NCBI GenBank assembly: GCA_964016885.1
Contig: OZ024742.1
Span: forward strand, 209,746,001-209,810,000
DNA from: Eledone cirrhosa
Taxonomy: Eukaryota
DNA length: 64,000 nucleotides
Reading direction: 5' to 3'
Below the pieces are notes generated by a model. That model did not search any database. It was not told the origin of the DNA and was given only the letters and a program-made list of their open reading frames with translations. Of this stretch, positions 42,604 through 53,878 are shown piece after piece; position 1 is the first letter of the stretch, and each line of letters starts with the position of its first letter. The position numbers were made by a program, and so were the translations under genes.

Positions 42604-45600
42604 TCAGATATTCAGGACGTATCGGAGGGTTCTTGCCGTTCCAAGCAAGCATGCCTTTTGAAGCGTTCCAAAAAGCGTGAAGGGGCCGATTTTCTTTAAC
42701 CATCCCTGGAAACCTTTGGAGATAGTCCCCAGTGCGCCTATGACAATCGGGATCACTTTGACTTCATGGCAGTTCCAAATCCTTTTCACCTCCCACTTTA
42801 GGTCCTGGTATCGGTTAATTTTCTCCCTCTCCTTCTCTTGCACTCTCGTGTCGAACGGGCAGGCCACATCCACAATCAGGCACGATCTTTTTTCTTTGTC
42901 CACAACCACCAGGTCAGGTCTATTGTGTTCCAGTTTTTTGTCCGTCTGTATCCTAAAATCCCACAGCACCTTCACCTGACTGTTCTCCATCACCGCCTCT
43001 GGCCTATGCTCATACCATTTCTCAGAATGTGGTAGATTGTTTACTTTGCACAGGTGCCAGTGGATCACCCTGCCCATCACATCGTGTCTCCAGCCCTTAT
43101 AGTGGGTCTGGGCTAGGTGTTTACACTCGGACACAATGTGAGCCACAGTCTCCTCTCTCTCTCCACAGATCCTGCACAGTGGGCTAGCCTCCTCCTTGTA
43201 GATATGGTGCTTCAACCACTTCGTTTTGAGGGCCTGCTCCTGCGCAGCCATTAGCATTCCTTCTGTAGCCTTTTTGAGGTCTCCTCTTCTCAACCAGTTC
43301 CATGTCTGTGGATCTCTAAATTCAGTTTTCTCAAAGAAGGTACTATGAAGGGATTTTCCCTTAAGGCTGCTCTTCCTCCTTGATGTTATTTCCTCCTTGG
43401 GTATCCCCTGGCCTACTGTCCCCTCCTTCAGTACAGCTCTGAGCATTGGCTCCTTACTATAGGTCACGTATTTGTATAGGTTGTTTTTCTCCATCTGAAC
43501 ACAGTCCTCTATGCTGATAAGACCTCTTCCACCCTCAGATCTCCTTAGGTAGAGTCTATCGACATCACTCCTCTTGTGGAACATGTTGTAGATAGTCAAT
43601 AGCTTCCTAGTCTTCCTATCCATTTCTTTTTGTTCAGCAACATTCCATCTCAGAATTCCCGCACTGTACCTAATAATAGACACAGCTCGGGAATTTACTG
43701 CGCTTATGGCATTTCTGCTGTTCAGATGTGACTTCAATACGCTCCTTACTCTCCGAATGTATTCAGTTCTTAACAATTCCTTCATTTTTTTGTTCTTTAT
43801 GCCATCAGCCTCCAGAACGCCCAAATACTTGTATCCTTCCTCAGAGTCAATTTCCTTTATCATCTCACCTGTTGGTATCTGGATCCCGTTACTTCTGCTC
43901 AACCTACCCCTCCTCATCACAATGACTCCACATTTACCAATACCAAACTGCATACATATATCACTGCTGAAAATACGGACAGTGTCAACAAGCACATCCA
44001 ACTCCTTCTCACTTTTCCCGAAGAGCTTAAGATCGTCCATGAAGAGGAGGTGATTGATGGTAAGCTCTCCCCTTCCCAACTTGTATCCTGCTCTCACTTT
44101 TCGCAGCATAATGGTCAAGGGCATCAGGGCAAGGACAAACAACAGAGGGGACAGGCTATCTCCCTGGAAGATACCTCTCTTGATCTTCACGCTTCCCAAG
44201 GATACTCCAGTTGATGTCAACTCTGTCTCCCAGGACCCCATACTCCTGCCCAGCAACTGTCTGATGTTATCTGCCACCCTGAAGATCTCCAGGCTTTTGG
44301 TGATCCAGGAATGAGGCACCATGTCAAATGCCTTTCTGTAGTCTATCCATCCCATGGCAAGATCAGTGTGTCTCCTCCTGCAATTCCCCATTACCATCTT
44401 ATCAATAAGCAACTGGTCCTTTGTACCACGTGACTTCTTTCGGCATCCTTTCTGTTCGTCCGGCAACAAGTTGTTTGTGTGGAGGTGATGGTAGATTTCC
44501 TCAGACACAATGCTCGTCAACAGTTTCCACATTACGGGCAGACATGTGATAGGTCTATAGTTGGTAACATCATTACCCTTGATTCGGTCTTTCATTATCA
44601 GAACTGTGGTACCTTTTGTCAACCACTCTGGCACCTCACCCGACACCAAGCAGTCATTGAACATGGCCGTCAGCTTCGGGTGGAGGGATGTTAAATGTTT
44701 AATCCAATACCCCTGCACACCATCTGGGCCTGGTGATTTCCAGTTGGTTAGTTTTTTGGCTTGCCCCTTAAGAGTTTCAACTGTGATACTCAAATCAGTC
44801 TGTTGCTGTGCCTGCTCACCGATCTCCCTCTGTACTGTCTCAATCCACCCTGCCTGGGCATTGTGTCTAACATCCTGCTCCCATATTCCTCTCCAGAATG
44901 TTTTAGCTTGTTCCGCCCCAGGGATCAAGTCGGTGCCTCTTTCTTTCCCCTCAAGCTGTCCAAACAGCATCTTCTGGTTGTTGTCGAACATGCGGTTCTG
45001 TTTATACTGACTGACTCTGTTCTCGTATCGCCTGATTTTGGCACTCTTTGCTACAATGCGTTGCTTCAATTCCTCTATGATAATGTTTAGCTTTTTACTC
45101 CTAGTTTTGTATTTTATTTCCAGTCTATTTTTAGTGCCTATGTTTTTTAGTGTCCCATTCAGTAGTGACTCAAGCTTTCCTATGTCATTTCTCATTTCCC
45201 CGATTTGCCCACTCAGTCGCTTCTTCCACCACGGCTCTGCTCTTTCTTGTCTGTTGTTTCCTCTCGCTTTTATACCAAGTAGTTTCCTCACCGTATTTGC
45301 TGTTGCTTTGAGGATATTGTTGCACTGGTGAAGACTCCTCGCCTCAAGGTATGGGATGACTTTGTTTACCTTAGCTGTTGTTTCTTTTAACTTTTTCCTG
45401 TCTACAAATCTTAGGTTCATAGGTCTCCCACTATCATTGTTCAACTCATCTACCACTAAATTTAGGATGTCAACCGAATCTTGTCCTAGCCCGTCAGCAT
45501 TCATCTCCTCAGTGGCCGTATCTCTGTTCCAGGTATTATTTATCTCAGTATTCAGATCATTGTCTGCTTCGGGTGGTTCCTCCGCTCTCAGGACCTCCTC

Positions 45601-45996
45601 ACCTTCATTTCCCGCCGGCTCGCTTGTCTGGCATACTACACCCGCCATCTCCAAGCCATTCTCTCTGCTCAGTTCCTCCAGTTCCAGCTCGCTTATCCAC
45701 CCATTAGTTCTTATTACCCGAGCCTGCCCGGCCAATTTTTGTTCATCTAATTTAAATAAACCAATCTCGTTCCAGATGTTATGCATCCGTCTCCTGTAGC
45801 CCCTCTCCTTGGGGTTACTTTTCAGGTAGCATTGCATAACAGTTCTATTCAATTCTTTCGTCCAGTTGGTTCTGGCCCCTTTCCTTCTTCTTCTTCCTCC
45901 AACATCAGCAGTATTTCGTTGACAGTCAGGTTCCTGCTGCTGAGCCAGGTGGCACCTGTTGGGTGAGAGTCTGTCACATGACGTTCTAGTCTCCAT
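42604..45996 (-). CDS. Intact R4/Dong-clade non-LTR retrotransposon ORF (N-terminal Myb-like region, RT, CCHC, PD-(D/E)xK endonuclease), 1130 aa
   Basis: KSPGPDG, NYRPITCL, WIDYRKAFD, RGIFQGDSLSP, HLLFMDDLKL, CRIC...ETVAHIVSEC, RHD, HNRPDLVVVD, KINRY. (TAA/CAA)n tail at ~42470-42530. Confidence 0.95.
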   Translation of the reverse strand: METRTSCDRLSPNRCHLAQQQEPDCQRNTADVGGRRRRKGARTNWTKELNRTVMQCYLKSNPKERGYRRRMHNIWNEIGLFKLDEQKLAGQARVIRTNGWISELELEELSRENGLEMAGVVCQTSEPAGNEGEEVLRAEEPPEADNDLNTEINNTWNRDTATEEMNADGLGQDSVDILNLVVDELNNDSGRPMNLRFVDRKKLKETTAKVNKVIPYLEARSLHQCNNILKATANTVRKLLGIKARGNNRQERAEPWWKKRLSGQIGEMRNDIGKLESLLNGTLKNIGTKNRLEIKYKTRSKKLNIIIEELKQRIVAKSAKIRRYENRVSQYKQNRMFDNNQKMLFGQLEGKERGTDLIPGAEQAKTFWRGIWEQDVRHNAQAGWIETVQREIGEQAQQQTDLSITVETLKGQAKKLTNWKSPGPDGVQGYWIKHLTSLHPKLTAMFNDCLVSGEVPEWLTKGTTVLIMKDRIKGNDVTNYRPITCLPVMWKLLTSIVSEEIYHHLHTNNLLPDEQKGCRKKSRGTKDQLLIDKMVMGNCRRRHTDLAMGWIDYRKAFDMVPHSWITKSLEIFRVADNIRQLLGRSMGSWETELTSTGVSLGSVKIKRGIFQGDSLSPLLFVLALMPLTIMLRKVRAGYKLGRGELTINHLLFMDDLKLFGKSEKELDVLVDTVRIFSSDICMQFGIGKCGVIVMRRGRLSRSNGIQIPTGEMIKEIDSEEGYKYLGVLEADGIKNKKMKELLRTEYIRRVRSVLKSHLNSRNAISAVNSRAVSIIRYSAGILRWNVAEQKEMDRKTRKLLTIYNMFHKRSDVDRLYLRRSEGGRGLISIEDCVQMEKNNLYKYVTYSKEPMLRAVLKEGTVGQGIPKEEITSRRKSSLKGKSLHSTFFEKTEFRDPQTWNWLRRGDLKKATEGMLMAAQEQALKTKWLKHHIYKEEASPLCRICGEREETVAHIVSECKHLAQTHYKGWRHDVMGRVIHWHLCKVNNLPHSEKWYEHRPEAVMENSQVKVLWDFRIQTDKKLEHNRPDLVVVDKEKRSCLIVDVACPFDTRVQEKEREKINRYQDLKWEVKRIWNCHEVKVIPIVIGALGTISKGFQGWLKKIGPFTLFGTLQKACLLGTARTLRYVLNI

Positions 45997-46565
45997 TTCA
46001 CCGTTATTCGAACTGTTTATGTTCGATATTTAAACACTCTTATCGAGGATTGGCGAATGTATGTTTACATAGCCATCTGTGGATCCGCCATCCCACTTGG
46101 CCCTTGTGTGGCATTATCACCACGCTGTATACGGACACACATAAACAAACAAACACACGGGCAGAAAGGGCCCCAAAAATGAATAAGCATAAGTTTCATT
46201 GTAATGTAGTATTCGAATGTCTGACTTAGTTTTTGTTTTTTAAGTTTTACTTTTTCCCCCCTCTTCTCTGTCCGTCCGCCTGCTTCTCTCTTCATTCTTA
46301 TTTTCTTTACGTTTTGGGGGTTTCTTTTTTTGTTTTTGTTTTTCTCTGTTTTTCTCGTTTTTTACTGTTGTTGCTGTGCTGCTTTTGTTGTTTGTTTTTT
46401 CTTTTTTCTTTTGAGTCTATATATATATTTTGATGCCTTCCTCTTTGTTAGTAGTAGGAATTCTATAATGTGGAAGTGGTAGCCAGCAGAGACTAGCGGC
46501 GTTGGCGATACTGAGACAGTGGTGGCGGTGATGTCGATACCGAGGCAGTGGTGGCGGTGATGCGA

Positions 46566-47208
46566 CCGTATTACTGTAGTGATGGTGCTGTAGCGGTGGC
46601 AGCAGCAGTGAAGGAGTCAGGGGGTGGTGGCGGCGGTGATGGGATAGTGGTGGTAATGATGGCCGTAGTGAGCGGTGGCGGTGAAGGTGAAAATGCTGTT
46701 GTGTTTAGTGTACACAGATGATGGGGTGGGTGGTGTATCTAGTTTCTGGTGTTGGTGAGTTTCGCTGTCCTATATAGTGTAGCCAGAGGAGAGGAGGGGG
46801 GGGGGGTTCTTCTTCTTCCATTTATAGCCATTTTATTATTTTTTTTTGGATATACAGTGTACAATACAAAGTTGAATATTTGAATATTTTAGCCGTATTA
46901 CTGTAGTGATGGTGCTGTAGCGGTGGCAGCAGCAGTGAAGGAGTCAAGGGGTGGTGGCGGCGGTGATGGGATAGTGGTGGTAATGATGGCCGTAGTGAGC
47001 GGTGGCGGTGAAGGTGAAAATGCTGTTGTGTTTAGTGTACACAGATGATGGGGTGGGCGGTGTATCTAGTTTCTGGTGTTGGTGAGTTTAGCTGTCCTAT
47101 ATAGTGTAGCCAGAGGAGAGGAGGGGGGGTTCTTCTTCTTCCATTTATAGCCATTTTTTTTTGGATATACAGTGTACAATACAAAGTTGAATATTTGAAT
47201 ATTTGAGC
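46566..47208. repeat. Tandem duplication, 2 x ~327 bp, GGT/GGC-rich
   Basis: ccgtattactgtag starts at 46566 and 46893. Confidence 0.9.
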
Positions 47209-47571
47209 CTTATAACAATATATTTTGGGTCCGAATTTTTTGGGGCTCAAGCCGGGTGCTTTACGTAGCATTTGTACTAAGAGTTGTTATTTCACAAATG
47301 ATTTAAATATGTTAAAAATTCAAAACTTACGGGAGCGATTTCATGACCTCCGTCACCTCGTGCGTCTTCTTCCCTTCCATTATTATTATTATTATTATTG
47401 AATGCCATGGTTGACGGAGGCTCGGCTCTGTAAGGTATAGTAATTTTTAACCGTTAAAACAATTGTAAATTGCTTAAAACTTGAACCAAATTGTTGATAA
47501 AGACACCCTCCTCCTCGTGAGAGGGGTCTTTCTGTCCGTTATTTGGCCCTTCGGGGTTAAATAACCAGTTA

Positions 47572-49713
47572 TTGGGGTTTTGTACCCAAAATTTCATTTT
47601 AAACAAAAAAACATGGCTACCAAAAAAAAAAAAATTTCATACGTCACTCCCACTCATTCCGTCTTCTTCTTCCTCAATCATCACTACAGGAGAGAGAAGA
47701 TTGTCTCTCTCCCTCCCTTCTTTAAATGTGTCTCTCTCCCTACCTTCTCTTTCGCAAGCGACGAAAGAAAAGAAAAGTCTCGTGCAAAGCGTGCAAGGTT
47801 TCTCCACGACGACGACGACAGCGACGAAACAGGTGTGCGGGAAATACGAAAACCCAGTTCATTCGTCTGACGTCAGGAATAATAGCAGTAGCAGCCGTAA
47901 TAACAACAGCAACAGTGACAATGAAAACAACAGTAGCAGCCGCAACAGCATCACCAGCAGCATAAACAACAACACCATTAGCAGCAGCAACACCAACAAC
48001 AACCACAGCAACAGCGGCGGAGGCAGTAGTCGTAGTACCTGCAGCAACAACAAAAGTACCAGCAGCTCTGACGACAACAACAACAGCAGAGAAAAACCAA
48101 TCTCATTTGCAGGTATTGCGAAAAACCTGGAAACAATCCTCATAACAAATGAGGAATTAGAGGAAGCGAAGAAGATGGTGACAAAGAACGGACACCGAGC
48201 AATCTGCAAGGCAGCGAAAAATTTTTTCGAAACCCAAGAGCACTGTACGGTCACGTACCGTACAGTAAGTACAAAATCCCGTAGGGTGGAAAGAGCCACA
48301 GAGGCCCAAATACAAAAAGCCTTGGGGTCTGTGTGGCAGAGGAAAACGCACATCACCCGAGGCAAAAAATACGCCACCGTAGACGTACTTTTTGCCACAC
48401 CCCAGGAGGCAAAGGCCCAATCAGTAGTGACCCTAAGGAGCGAGGAAATGGTGTTGGTGCCCTCCTACTGCGGGCAAAAAATTGTGAGGGTCAAACTGAC
48501 CCACGTCCCCCCCGGAATGACCCCTTCTTGGCTGGCCGCGTCTGTCCTCGTCGGAATCGAGGACAAAACAACTGTACTGCAAGTACAGAAAAAAGTAAGA
48601 GAAGATTGGGTCGGCTCCTCCATTGAGATGCTAATACAAACCAACCAGGAGTGCATCGAAGCTATCCCGGATGTGATAGACTTCGATAACGGCACTCAAC
48701 TGCCCATAAGTGTTGAGGGCAAACGCCCGAAATGCTTTCGCTGTGGATCGAAGACTCACCTCAGGGCCTTCTGCAACGAGAAGACCCTGAGAAAGGAGAA
48801 AACCCCCCTCCTCCCGAATCCGGTTCCACGGCTACCAGCAACAGGACAAGCGGCAACCAGGAACGATAGGTCCGTGGCACCCATACCCACTCCACGGAAA
48901 TCAAAGACAGCAGCAGCAGTGGAAATATTAACAACAACAACAGCAATACCAAATGCAGCTGCAACAGAGACTCCAGTGCAAACATCACCAACAACAACAA
49001 GTGAAAGAGTGGAGCTGGTACCCCTCCCCGACCTTACAGAATCAGACATGGAGTGTGAGGTGGGAGAGGGATGGCAAAAGGTCTCAAGAAGGCACAAACG
49101 CAGAAGCAGCGCATCGTCGCCTTTGAAAAGGGAGGAAAGAAATGAGAAAAGGGTAAAGTCTACTGCAAAGAGACCCACAGCAGCAACACCACCAACACCA
49201 TCACCACCCACACCAGCACCACCATCACCACCGGCGACAACCCCACCGCCAACAACACCTTCAACACCACCACCACAAGCACCAACATCGCAAACACAAC
49301 AACAAAACACACACACCCAGCAACAACGACAAGAAAATAGCAGAACCACACCCCACCCCCAGAAAAACAAATGCACGGCAATAAACACACACAACAAGAA
49401 ACTAATGACTTACATAATTGAACACACAGACATTTCACAACAGGACTACATAATACCAGCACCAATCAAAACGCCAACTAACATAAGACTGCTAAAAATA
49501 GCACAGAAACAATACACAAACATTAAAACGAAATTCCCCAACGCAGTTGGTGATTTCAGGGACCTAGGAGGAACCATTAATCGAAGAGTATATTCAGACA
49601 TTCTCTTAGAAGAGCCGACGACCAGCCGAAGGGACGATTCAACGGTCCCTTCACCAGACGATCAAGTGAAAAGGGATGTAAAAACCATCCCTCCTCTACC
49701 AAAAATACGGTAA
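47572..49713 (+). CDS. Tx1/L1-clade LINE ORF1 (gag-like, CCHC zinc knuckle, low-complexity N/S and P/T tracts)
   Basis: CFRCGSKTHLRAFC, GWQKVSRRHKR. Lies directly upstream of ORF2. The true start is probably the ATG at 47613. Confidence 0.85.
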   Translation: MGFCTQNFILNKKTWLPKKKKFHTSLPLIPSSSSSIITTGERRLSLSLPSLNVSLSLPSLSQATKEKKSLVQSVQGFSTTTTTATKQVCGKYENPVHSSDVRNNSSSSRNNNSNSDNENNSSSRNSITSSINNNTISSSNTNNNHSNSGGGSSRSTCSNNKSTSSSDDNNNSREKPISFAGIAKNLETILITNEELEEAKKMVTKNGHRAICKAAKNFFETQEHCTVTYRTVSTKSRRVERATEAQIQKALGSVWQRKTHITRGKKYATVDVLFATPQEAKAQSVVTLRSEEMVLVPSYCGQKIVRVKLTHVPPGMTPSWLAASVLVGIEDKTTVLQVQKKVREDWVGSSIEMLIQTNQECIEAIPDVIDFDNGTQLPISVEGKRPKCFRCGSKTHLRAFCNEKTLRKEKTPLLPNPVPRLPATGQAATRNDRSVAPIPTPRKSKTAAAVEILTTTTAIPNAAATETPVQTSPTTTSERVELVPLPDLTESDMECEVGEGWQKVSRRHKRRSSASSPLKREERNEKRVKSTAKRPTAATPPTPSPPTPAPPSPPATTPPPTTPSTPPPQAPTSQTQQQNTHTQQQRQENSRTTPHPQKNKCTAINTHNKKLMTYIIEHTDISQQDYIIPAPIKTPTNIRLLKIAQKQYTNIKTKFPNAVGDFRDLGGTINRRVYSDILLEEPTTSRRDDSTVPSPDDQVKRDVKTIPPLPKIR

Positions 49714-49748
49714 GTGGTCTTTCCCATCTTTTCCACTCTATTTTAAAC

Positions 49749-52700
49749 ATGACCTCACTCAGAATAGGCAGCATAAATGCGCGTGGCTTGGGGTCGTCAT
49801 GGAAGCAGGGTCACCTGCTCAACGACCTCAGGTCACTAAACATAGATGTAGTGGCCATCAGCGAGACCAGAATCTCCGAAGCACGGGCCTTCGCACCGAT
49901 CTTCGGCGGCTACGATGTGTACGCATCTCCCAGCCGTCCTGGATCGGGTGGAGGAGTTGCTGTGCTTTTTCGGAGAGGTTTGGATCTCGCCATACGGGCC
50001 ATCTTCCTGGACCCAGAGGGTAAGCTGGTGGTGCTGGACGTGACCAGCGGAGACGGGCAAGCTTTCAGGCTAGTGGCCGTCTATGCCCCGACAGGAGCAG
50101 GGCGGCCTGATTTCTTCCGGCGTCTGGAGACCTTTCTTGGAACGTCGCGCTCTTTAGTGTTAGTGGGCGACTGGAACGGGATCTTAGATGCACGCTGGGA
50201 CTGTGTGGGATTAGCGGATAGGGGTGGAGGGTGCAAGAGCCTCACCAACCTGCTCAGGCGTTTTGAACTGTCTGACAGGTACCGATTGGATTTCCCGAAT
50301 GTGCCAATGTGGACTTGGACAAACCGCATAGGGTCATCCAGATCATATCTAGATAGAGTATTTTGTAGGGAAATAGATAGGTCTAGCATAGGCTGTCCAC
50401 AATTCAAGATAGTCAGCTACACGGACCACAAATTCGTGATCTGTGTGCTTGACTTAGATAGGCTTCATAGACGAGGACCCGGCTACTGGAAGCTAAACGC
50501 GTCCTTACCAGCGCGCAAGGCCTACAGAGACCGGATTAGCGAACTAGTTAAGCGGGCGTTGACGGGGGCCATCGTCAACAACAAGTGGTGGTTTGCTCTG
50601 AAAAGAGCGATTAGAATAGAATCGATTAGGTTTAGTAAGGCTTTAGCAATAGAGAAAAATAGAGCAGAGGGAGAACTAGTTAGAAAATTAGACGAGGCGC
50701 TTAGCAAAGGCATTGCGACCGACGTGCTTGCGGCGAAATTGGCCCTTGACCAATTCTTCAATGCAAAGCACGAAGGCTGCGTTGTCAGAGCTAGGGTGCG
50801 TGCTCTCAGACACGAGGGGACGAAAGCCGTTCAATGGGCCCGAGTGGCGGAGGCGCGTCGTGGCAACAAAGCCACGATCCGGTCTTTGGTGGACCACGAC
50901 GGGCGCATGCTACTCGATCCCGGGCAAATGTGTGAAGCTTTTCAGCGACACTTCGCTCAGCTGTTCGGGGGCAGCGGGGGGCCGGGTAGAGGGATGGACT
51001 TTAGTGTCTACCTCGACGGACTGCCGCGGCTCTCGGCCACTGAGGCGAAGTGTTGCGAAAAGCCGATAACAGCCGCTGAAGTAAGGGAGGCAATGACTGG
51101 CTGCACAAGGGGTAAATCGCCTGGTTTGGATGGTCTGCCCTATGAACTTTACGTACAGATGCCAGACTTGTTCGGAGGCCTCTTGGCGGACGTCTACTGC
51201 AACTGGCAACAGAACGGGAGAATTCCCAGTTCTGTGAGCCGAGGAGCGGTGGCACTGCTGAGAAAGGATCCGAACAAGGGGGATAACATAGACAATTTCC
51301 GGCCCATAACTCTGCTAAACACAGAGTTTAAGATTTTGGCCAAGGTGCTAGCAAAGAGGTTGGCGCTTGTCGTTGGTGGTCTGGTGGGAGAGGCGCAGAC
51401 ATGCGCCATTCCCGACAGATCCATCCACGACAACCTCCACCTCATGCGATACATCGTAGAGAGGGTAGCTAGGGAACCTGGCACGGGTGGGTCCTTGATC
51501 AATTTAGATCAGTCGAAAGCTTTCGATAGGGTCGACCATCGTTACCTAGCGGCAGTCCTGAGGGCGGCTGGCTTTGGGCCCGTCTTCAGAGGCTGGATCG
51601 CTGCCATGCACAGCGACATCTGCTCTGTGGTGAGAGTGAACGGTCACCTGTCGGAACCGTTCAACATCATGCGCTCGGTCCGCCAAGGATGTCCCCTCTC
51701 GTCCCTCTTGTACGTATTGACTCTCGAGCCATTACTGCACAAACTGGAGACGTTGAGGGGAGTCCCGCGCGAACTAGGATGCGGAAGATCCGTGTCAGCA
51801 TATGCGGACGATGTCACCGTAGTGGTGTCGAACGCCAAACACATCGAGGCGATCGGCACTACACTAAGAGAATACGAAGCGGTGACAGGAGCAATGATCA
51901 ACCAGGAAAAGTCAGTGGGCCTGCAGCTCGGCACCTGGAGAGGCAGGTCCATGCCGTCCAACAGCGTCGTCGGGCGCTGGACGGACGGACCGGTTAAATT
52001 GCTAGGGGTCTGGTTCGGTCCGGACCTCCAGACGGACAAAAACTGGGACGAGGTGACGAGCAGGGTGGCTTCTCTCACCCAGAAATGGGCGGAGAGGAAG
52101 CTATCCCTGAAAGGTCGAGCGGAGGTGGCTAACGCGTACATCGCGTCTGTCATCTGCTACCGCCTAACCGTCGTACCTTGTCCTAAGCCTCGCCTGACTG
52201 CGCTGGAGCGTTTGCTCTTTCGCTTTTTGTGGAAGGGACGTGCTCCGATGGTCAGGCGGTCCATCTGTTGTCAACACCCGCTACGTGGAGGGCTGGGCAT
52301 GCCGTGGCTGATGATGCGCAGGCACGCGCTCAGGCTACGACATCTCCACCTCTTCCTCGACGGTGATCAGGTGTGGTCGCCGTTTGCTAGACGCGTTTTT
52401 CCCCAGCTCGTTTCCTTGACGGAGCTGCAGTCCTGGGTCAAGCGAAGACCGAGAGGGAGCGCCTGGAGACTGGAATGTCTTCAGGCGCTCACAGCCCTCG
52501 ACCAATCGGGCAATGTGATCGGTGGAAACTCCACCTCGGCGTTCTATAGAGGATTAGTGGAGGGGAAGAGCGACGACGTACTTGGGGAAACTCTAGGCGT
52601 CGACGAAAATCAACTAGCCAATCTCTTCGGAAGAACTTTCGGGCCAGGGCCTATGGACAACTTCCAGAAATCTCTGGCCTGGCAGTGCTACCGAGGAGCC

Positions 52701-53168
52701 TTGCCAGTTCGGGATAAACTCTACAGGCATGGAGGTGCCGTCAGCCGGGCATGTCCGAGATGCGCGCAGGGCGACGAAACCGTCCTGCACGCACTCGTCC
52801 AGTGTCCGAAAATTGCTGACTTGTGGGTTTATGTCGAACACCTGCTGTCGCGTTTAGGACGGATCCAGCTATCATCTGAGTCTATCGTGAGGATTGCCCC
52901 GCCCTCCTCCTTTAGCCGGGAAGGGCAGGCAGTTTTTATCTGTCTGGTGGCCATGGCGAAAGAGATAGTATGGTGGACACGTTTGAAAGGGCTGAAGACG
53001 AGCACTTACCTCTTCGGTGATGCTCTGATTGACTTTTTCAAATTTCATTTGAAAAGGAAAATCAGAGTAGAGAAGGAAGTGCTCTCTTTCCAGCATTTTG
53101 TTGAAAGATGGGTGAGAGAAGCAAGAATGGCCCGAGTGAATGGGCCGACTCTGAGTATATATCTGTAA
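49749..53168 (+). CDS. Intact Tx1/L1-clade LINE ORF2 (APE endonuclease, RT, C-terminal zinc finger), 1139 aa
   Basis: SINARGL, SET, VYAP, GDWN, SYLD, TDH, GYWKLN, KSPGLDGL, RPITLLN, LDQSKAFDRVDH, RQGCPLS, AYADD, CPRC..ETVLHALVQC. AATAAA then (ATT)n tail at 53419-53485. Confidence 0.96.
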   Translation: MTSLRIGSINARGLGSSWKQGHLLNDLRSLNIDVVAISETRISEARAFAPIFGGYDVYASPSRPGSGGGVAVLFRRGLDLAIRAIFLDPEGKLVVLDVTSGDGQAFRLVAVYAPTGAGRPDFFRRLETFLGTSRSLVLVGDWNGILDARWDCVGLADRGGGCKSLTNLLRRFELSDRYRLDFPNVPMWTWTNRIGSSRSYLDRVFCREIDRSSIGCPQFKIVSYTDHKFVICVLDLDRLHRRGPGYWKLNASLPARKAYRDRISELVKRALTGAIVNNKWWFALKRAIRIESIRFSKALAIEKNRAEGELVRKLDEALSKGIATDVLAAKLALDQFFNAKHEGCVVRARVRALRHEGTKAVQWARVAEARRGNKATIRSLVDHDGRMLLDPGQMCEAFQRHFAQLFGGSGGPGRGMDFSVYLDGLPRLSATEAKCCEKPITAAEVREAMTGCTRGKSPGLDGLPYELYVQMPDLFGGLLADVYCNWQQNGRIPSSVSRGAVALLRKDPNKGDNIDNFRPITLLNTEFKILAKVLAKRLALVVGGLVGEAQTCAIPDRSIHDNLHLMRYIVERVAREPGTGGSLINLDQSKAFDRVDHRYLAAVLRAAGFGPVFRGWIAAMHSDICSVVRVNGHLSEPFNIMRSVRQGCPLSSLLYVLTLEPLLHKLETLRGVPRELGCGRSVSAYADDVTVVVSNAKHIEAIGTTLREYEAVTGAMINQEKSVGLQLGTWRGRSMPSNSVVGRWTDGPVKLLGVWFGPDLQTDKNWDEVTSRVASLTQKWAERKLSLKGRAEVANAYIASVICYRLTVVPCPKPRLTALERLLFRFLWKGRAPMVRRSICCQHPLRGGLGMPWLMMRRHALRLRHLHLFLDGDQVWSPFARRVFPQLVSLTELQSWVKRRPRGSAWRLECLQALTALDQSGNVIGGNSTSAFYRGLVEGKSDDVLGETLGVDENQLANLFGRTFGPGPMDNFQKSLAWQCYRGALPVRDKLYRHGGAVSRACPRCAQGDETVLHALVQCPKIADLWVYVEHLLSRLGRIQLSSESIVRIAPPSSFSREGQAVFICLVAMAKEIVWWTRLKGLKTSTYLFGDALIDFFKFHLKRKIRVEKEVLSFQHFVERWVREARMARVNGPTLSIYL

Positions 53169-53428
53169 ACTAAAGGTGGAAAACTGGGAGAGGGCACTTG
53201 CCTTGGTGGTCAGGGTCATTGTGGCTTTTTACTGGGCTTTCTCCACAAATGTCCCTCCGAAGTCTCCCCCCTATTGGGGAATTTTTCATTGTTATTTTCA
53301 TTGTTATTTTTGTTACATCCTCTGTTTTTGTTTTTTTACACGCAGAAATGCCCATTTGTACCGTCCTGCATTGTCCTGCACTGTCCTTAATGTCTACTTT
53401 ATGTAAACCCTTGTGGTTAATAAAGAAA

Positions 53429-53486
<58 letters not shown>

Positions 53487-53496
53487 GGGTTTTTTT

Positions 53497-53878
53497 TCTC
53501 GTGCAATAGCCATACTCGATAACGAGGGGGCAGACATCATCATGTATATATGTATGTAACACTGGGAGTGAAGGACCCCTAGCCTTTGTCAGGGCATTCT
53601 TCTAGGAGAAGGCAACTCAGGAAACTGGGATAACTGCGATATAAAACATGCGGCTCAGTAGTTACCGATGATGTTGATCTTTTCTTCTTTTCGGGTTATA
53701 GCTACTGTCGCCCAGAGAGTGGGATTGGCTCAGTGCACAGTCTTTCCTCACTTTAAAAAATATCTTCACGCACAGGCATTGCACGATAGAATTAATTAAT
53801 AATTATTAATAATGGTATATCGTGCAATGGCCATACTCGATAACGAAGGGGAAGCCATCATGTATGTATGTATATGAA
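53497..53878 (+). mobile_element. Non-autonomous RTE-derived element with a duplicated 3' hairpin
   Basis: Homologous to 21630-21830. gtgcaat.gccatactcgataacga occurs at ~53500 and ~53821. Confidence 0.55.

Noticed and set aside
47378-47399. (ATT)7 as the 5' TSD of the Tx1 element
   Set aside because: It is bracketed by a matching inverted pair (CCTCCGTCA / TGACGGAGG), so both sides may belong to one element. The 5' boundary is unresolved.
47501-47567. HDV-like ribozyme in the Tx1 5' UTR (CCTCCTCGTG)
   Set aside because: It forms two simple hairpins. I could not build the P1/P2/P3/P1.1 nested pseudoknot.
42677-53562. Short antisense and alternate-frame ORFs over the two intact LINEs
   Set aside because: They are shadow ORFs of long coding sequences.
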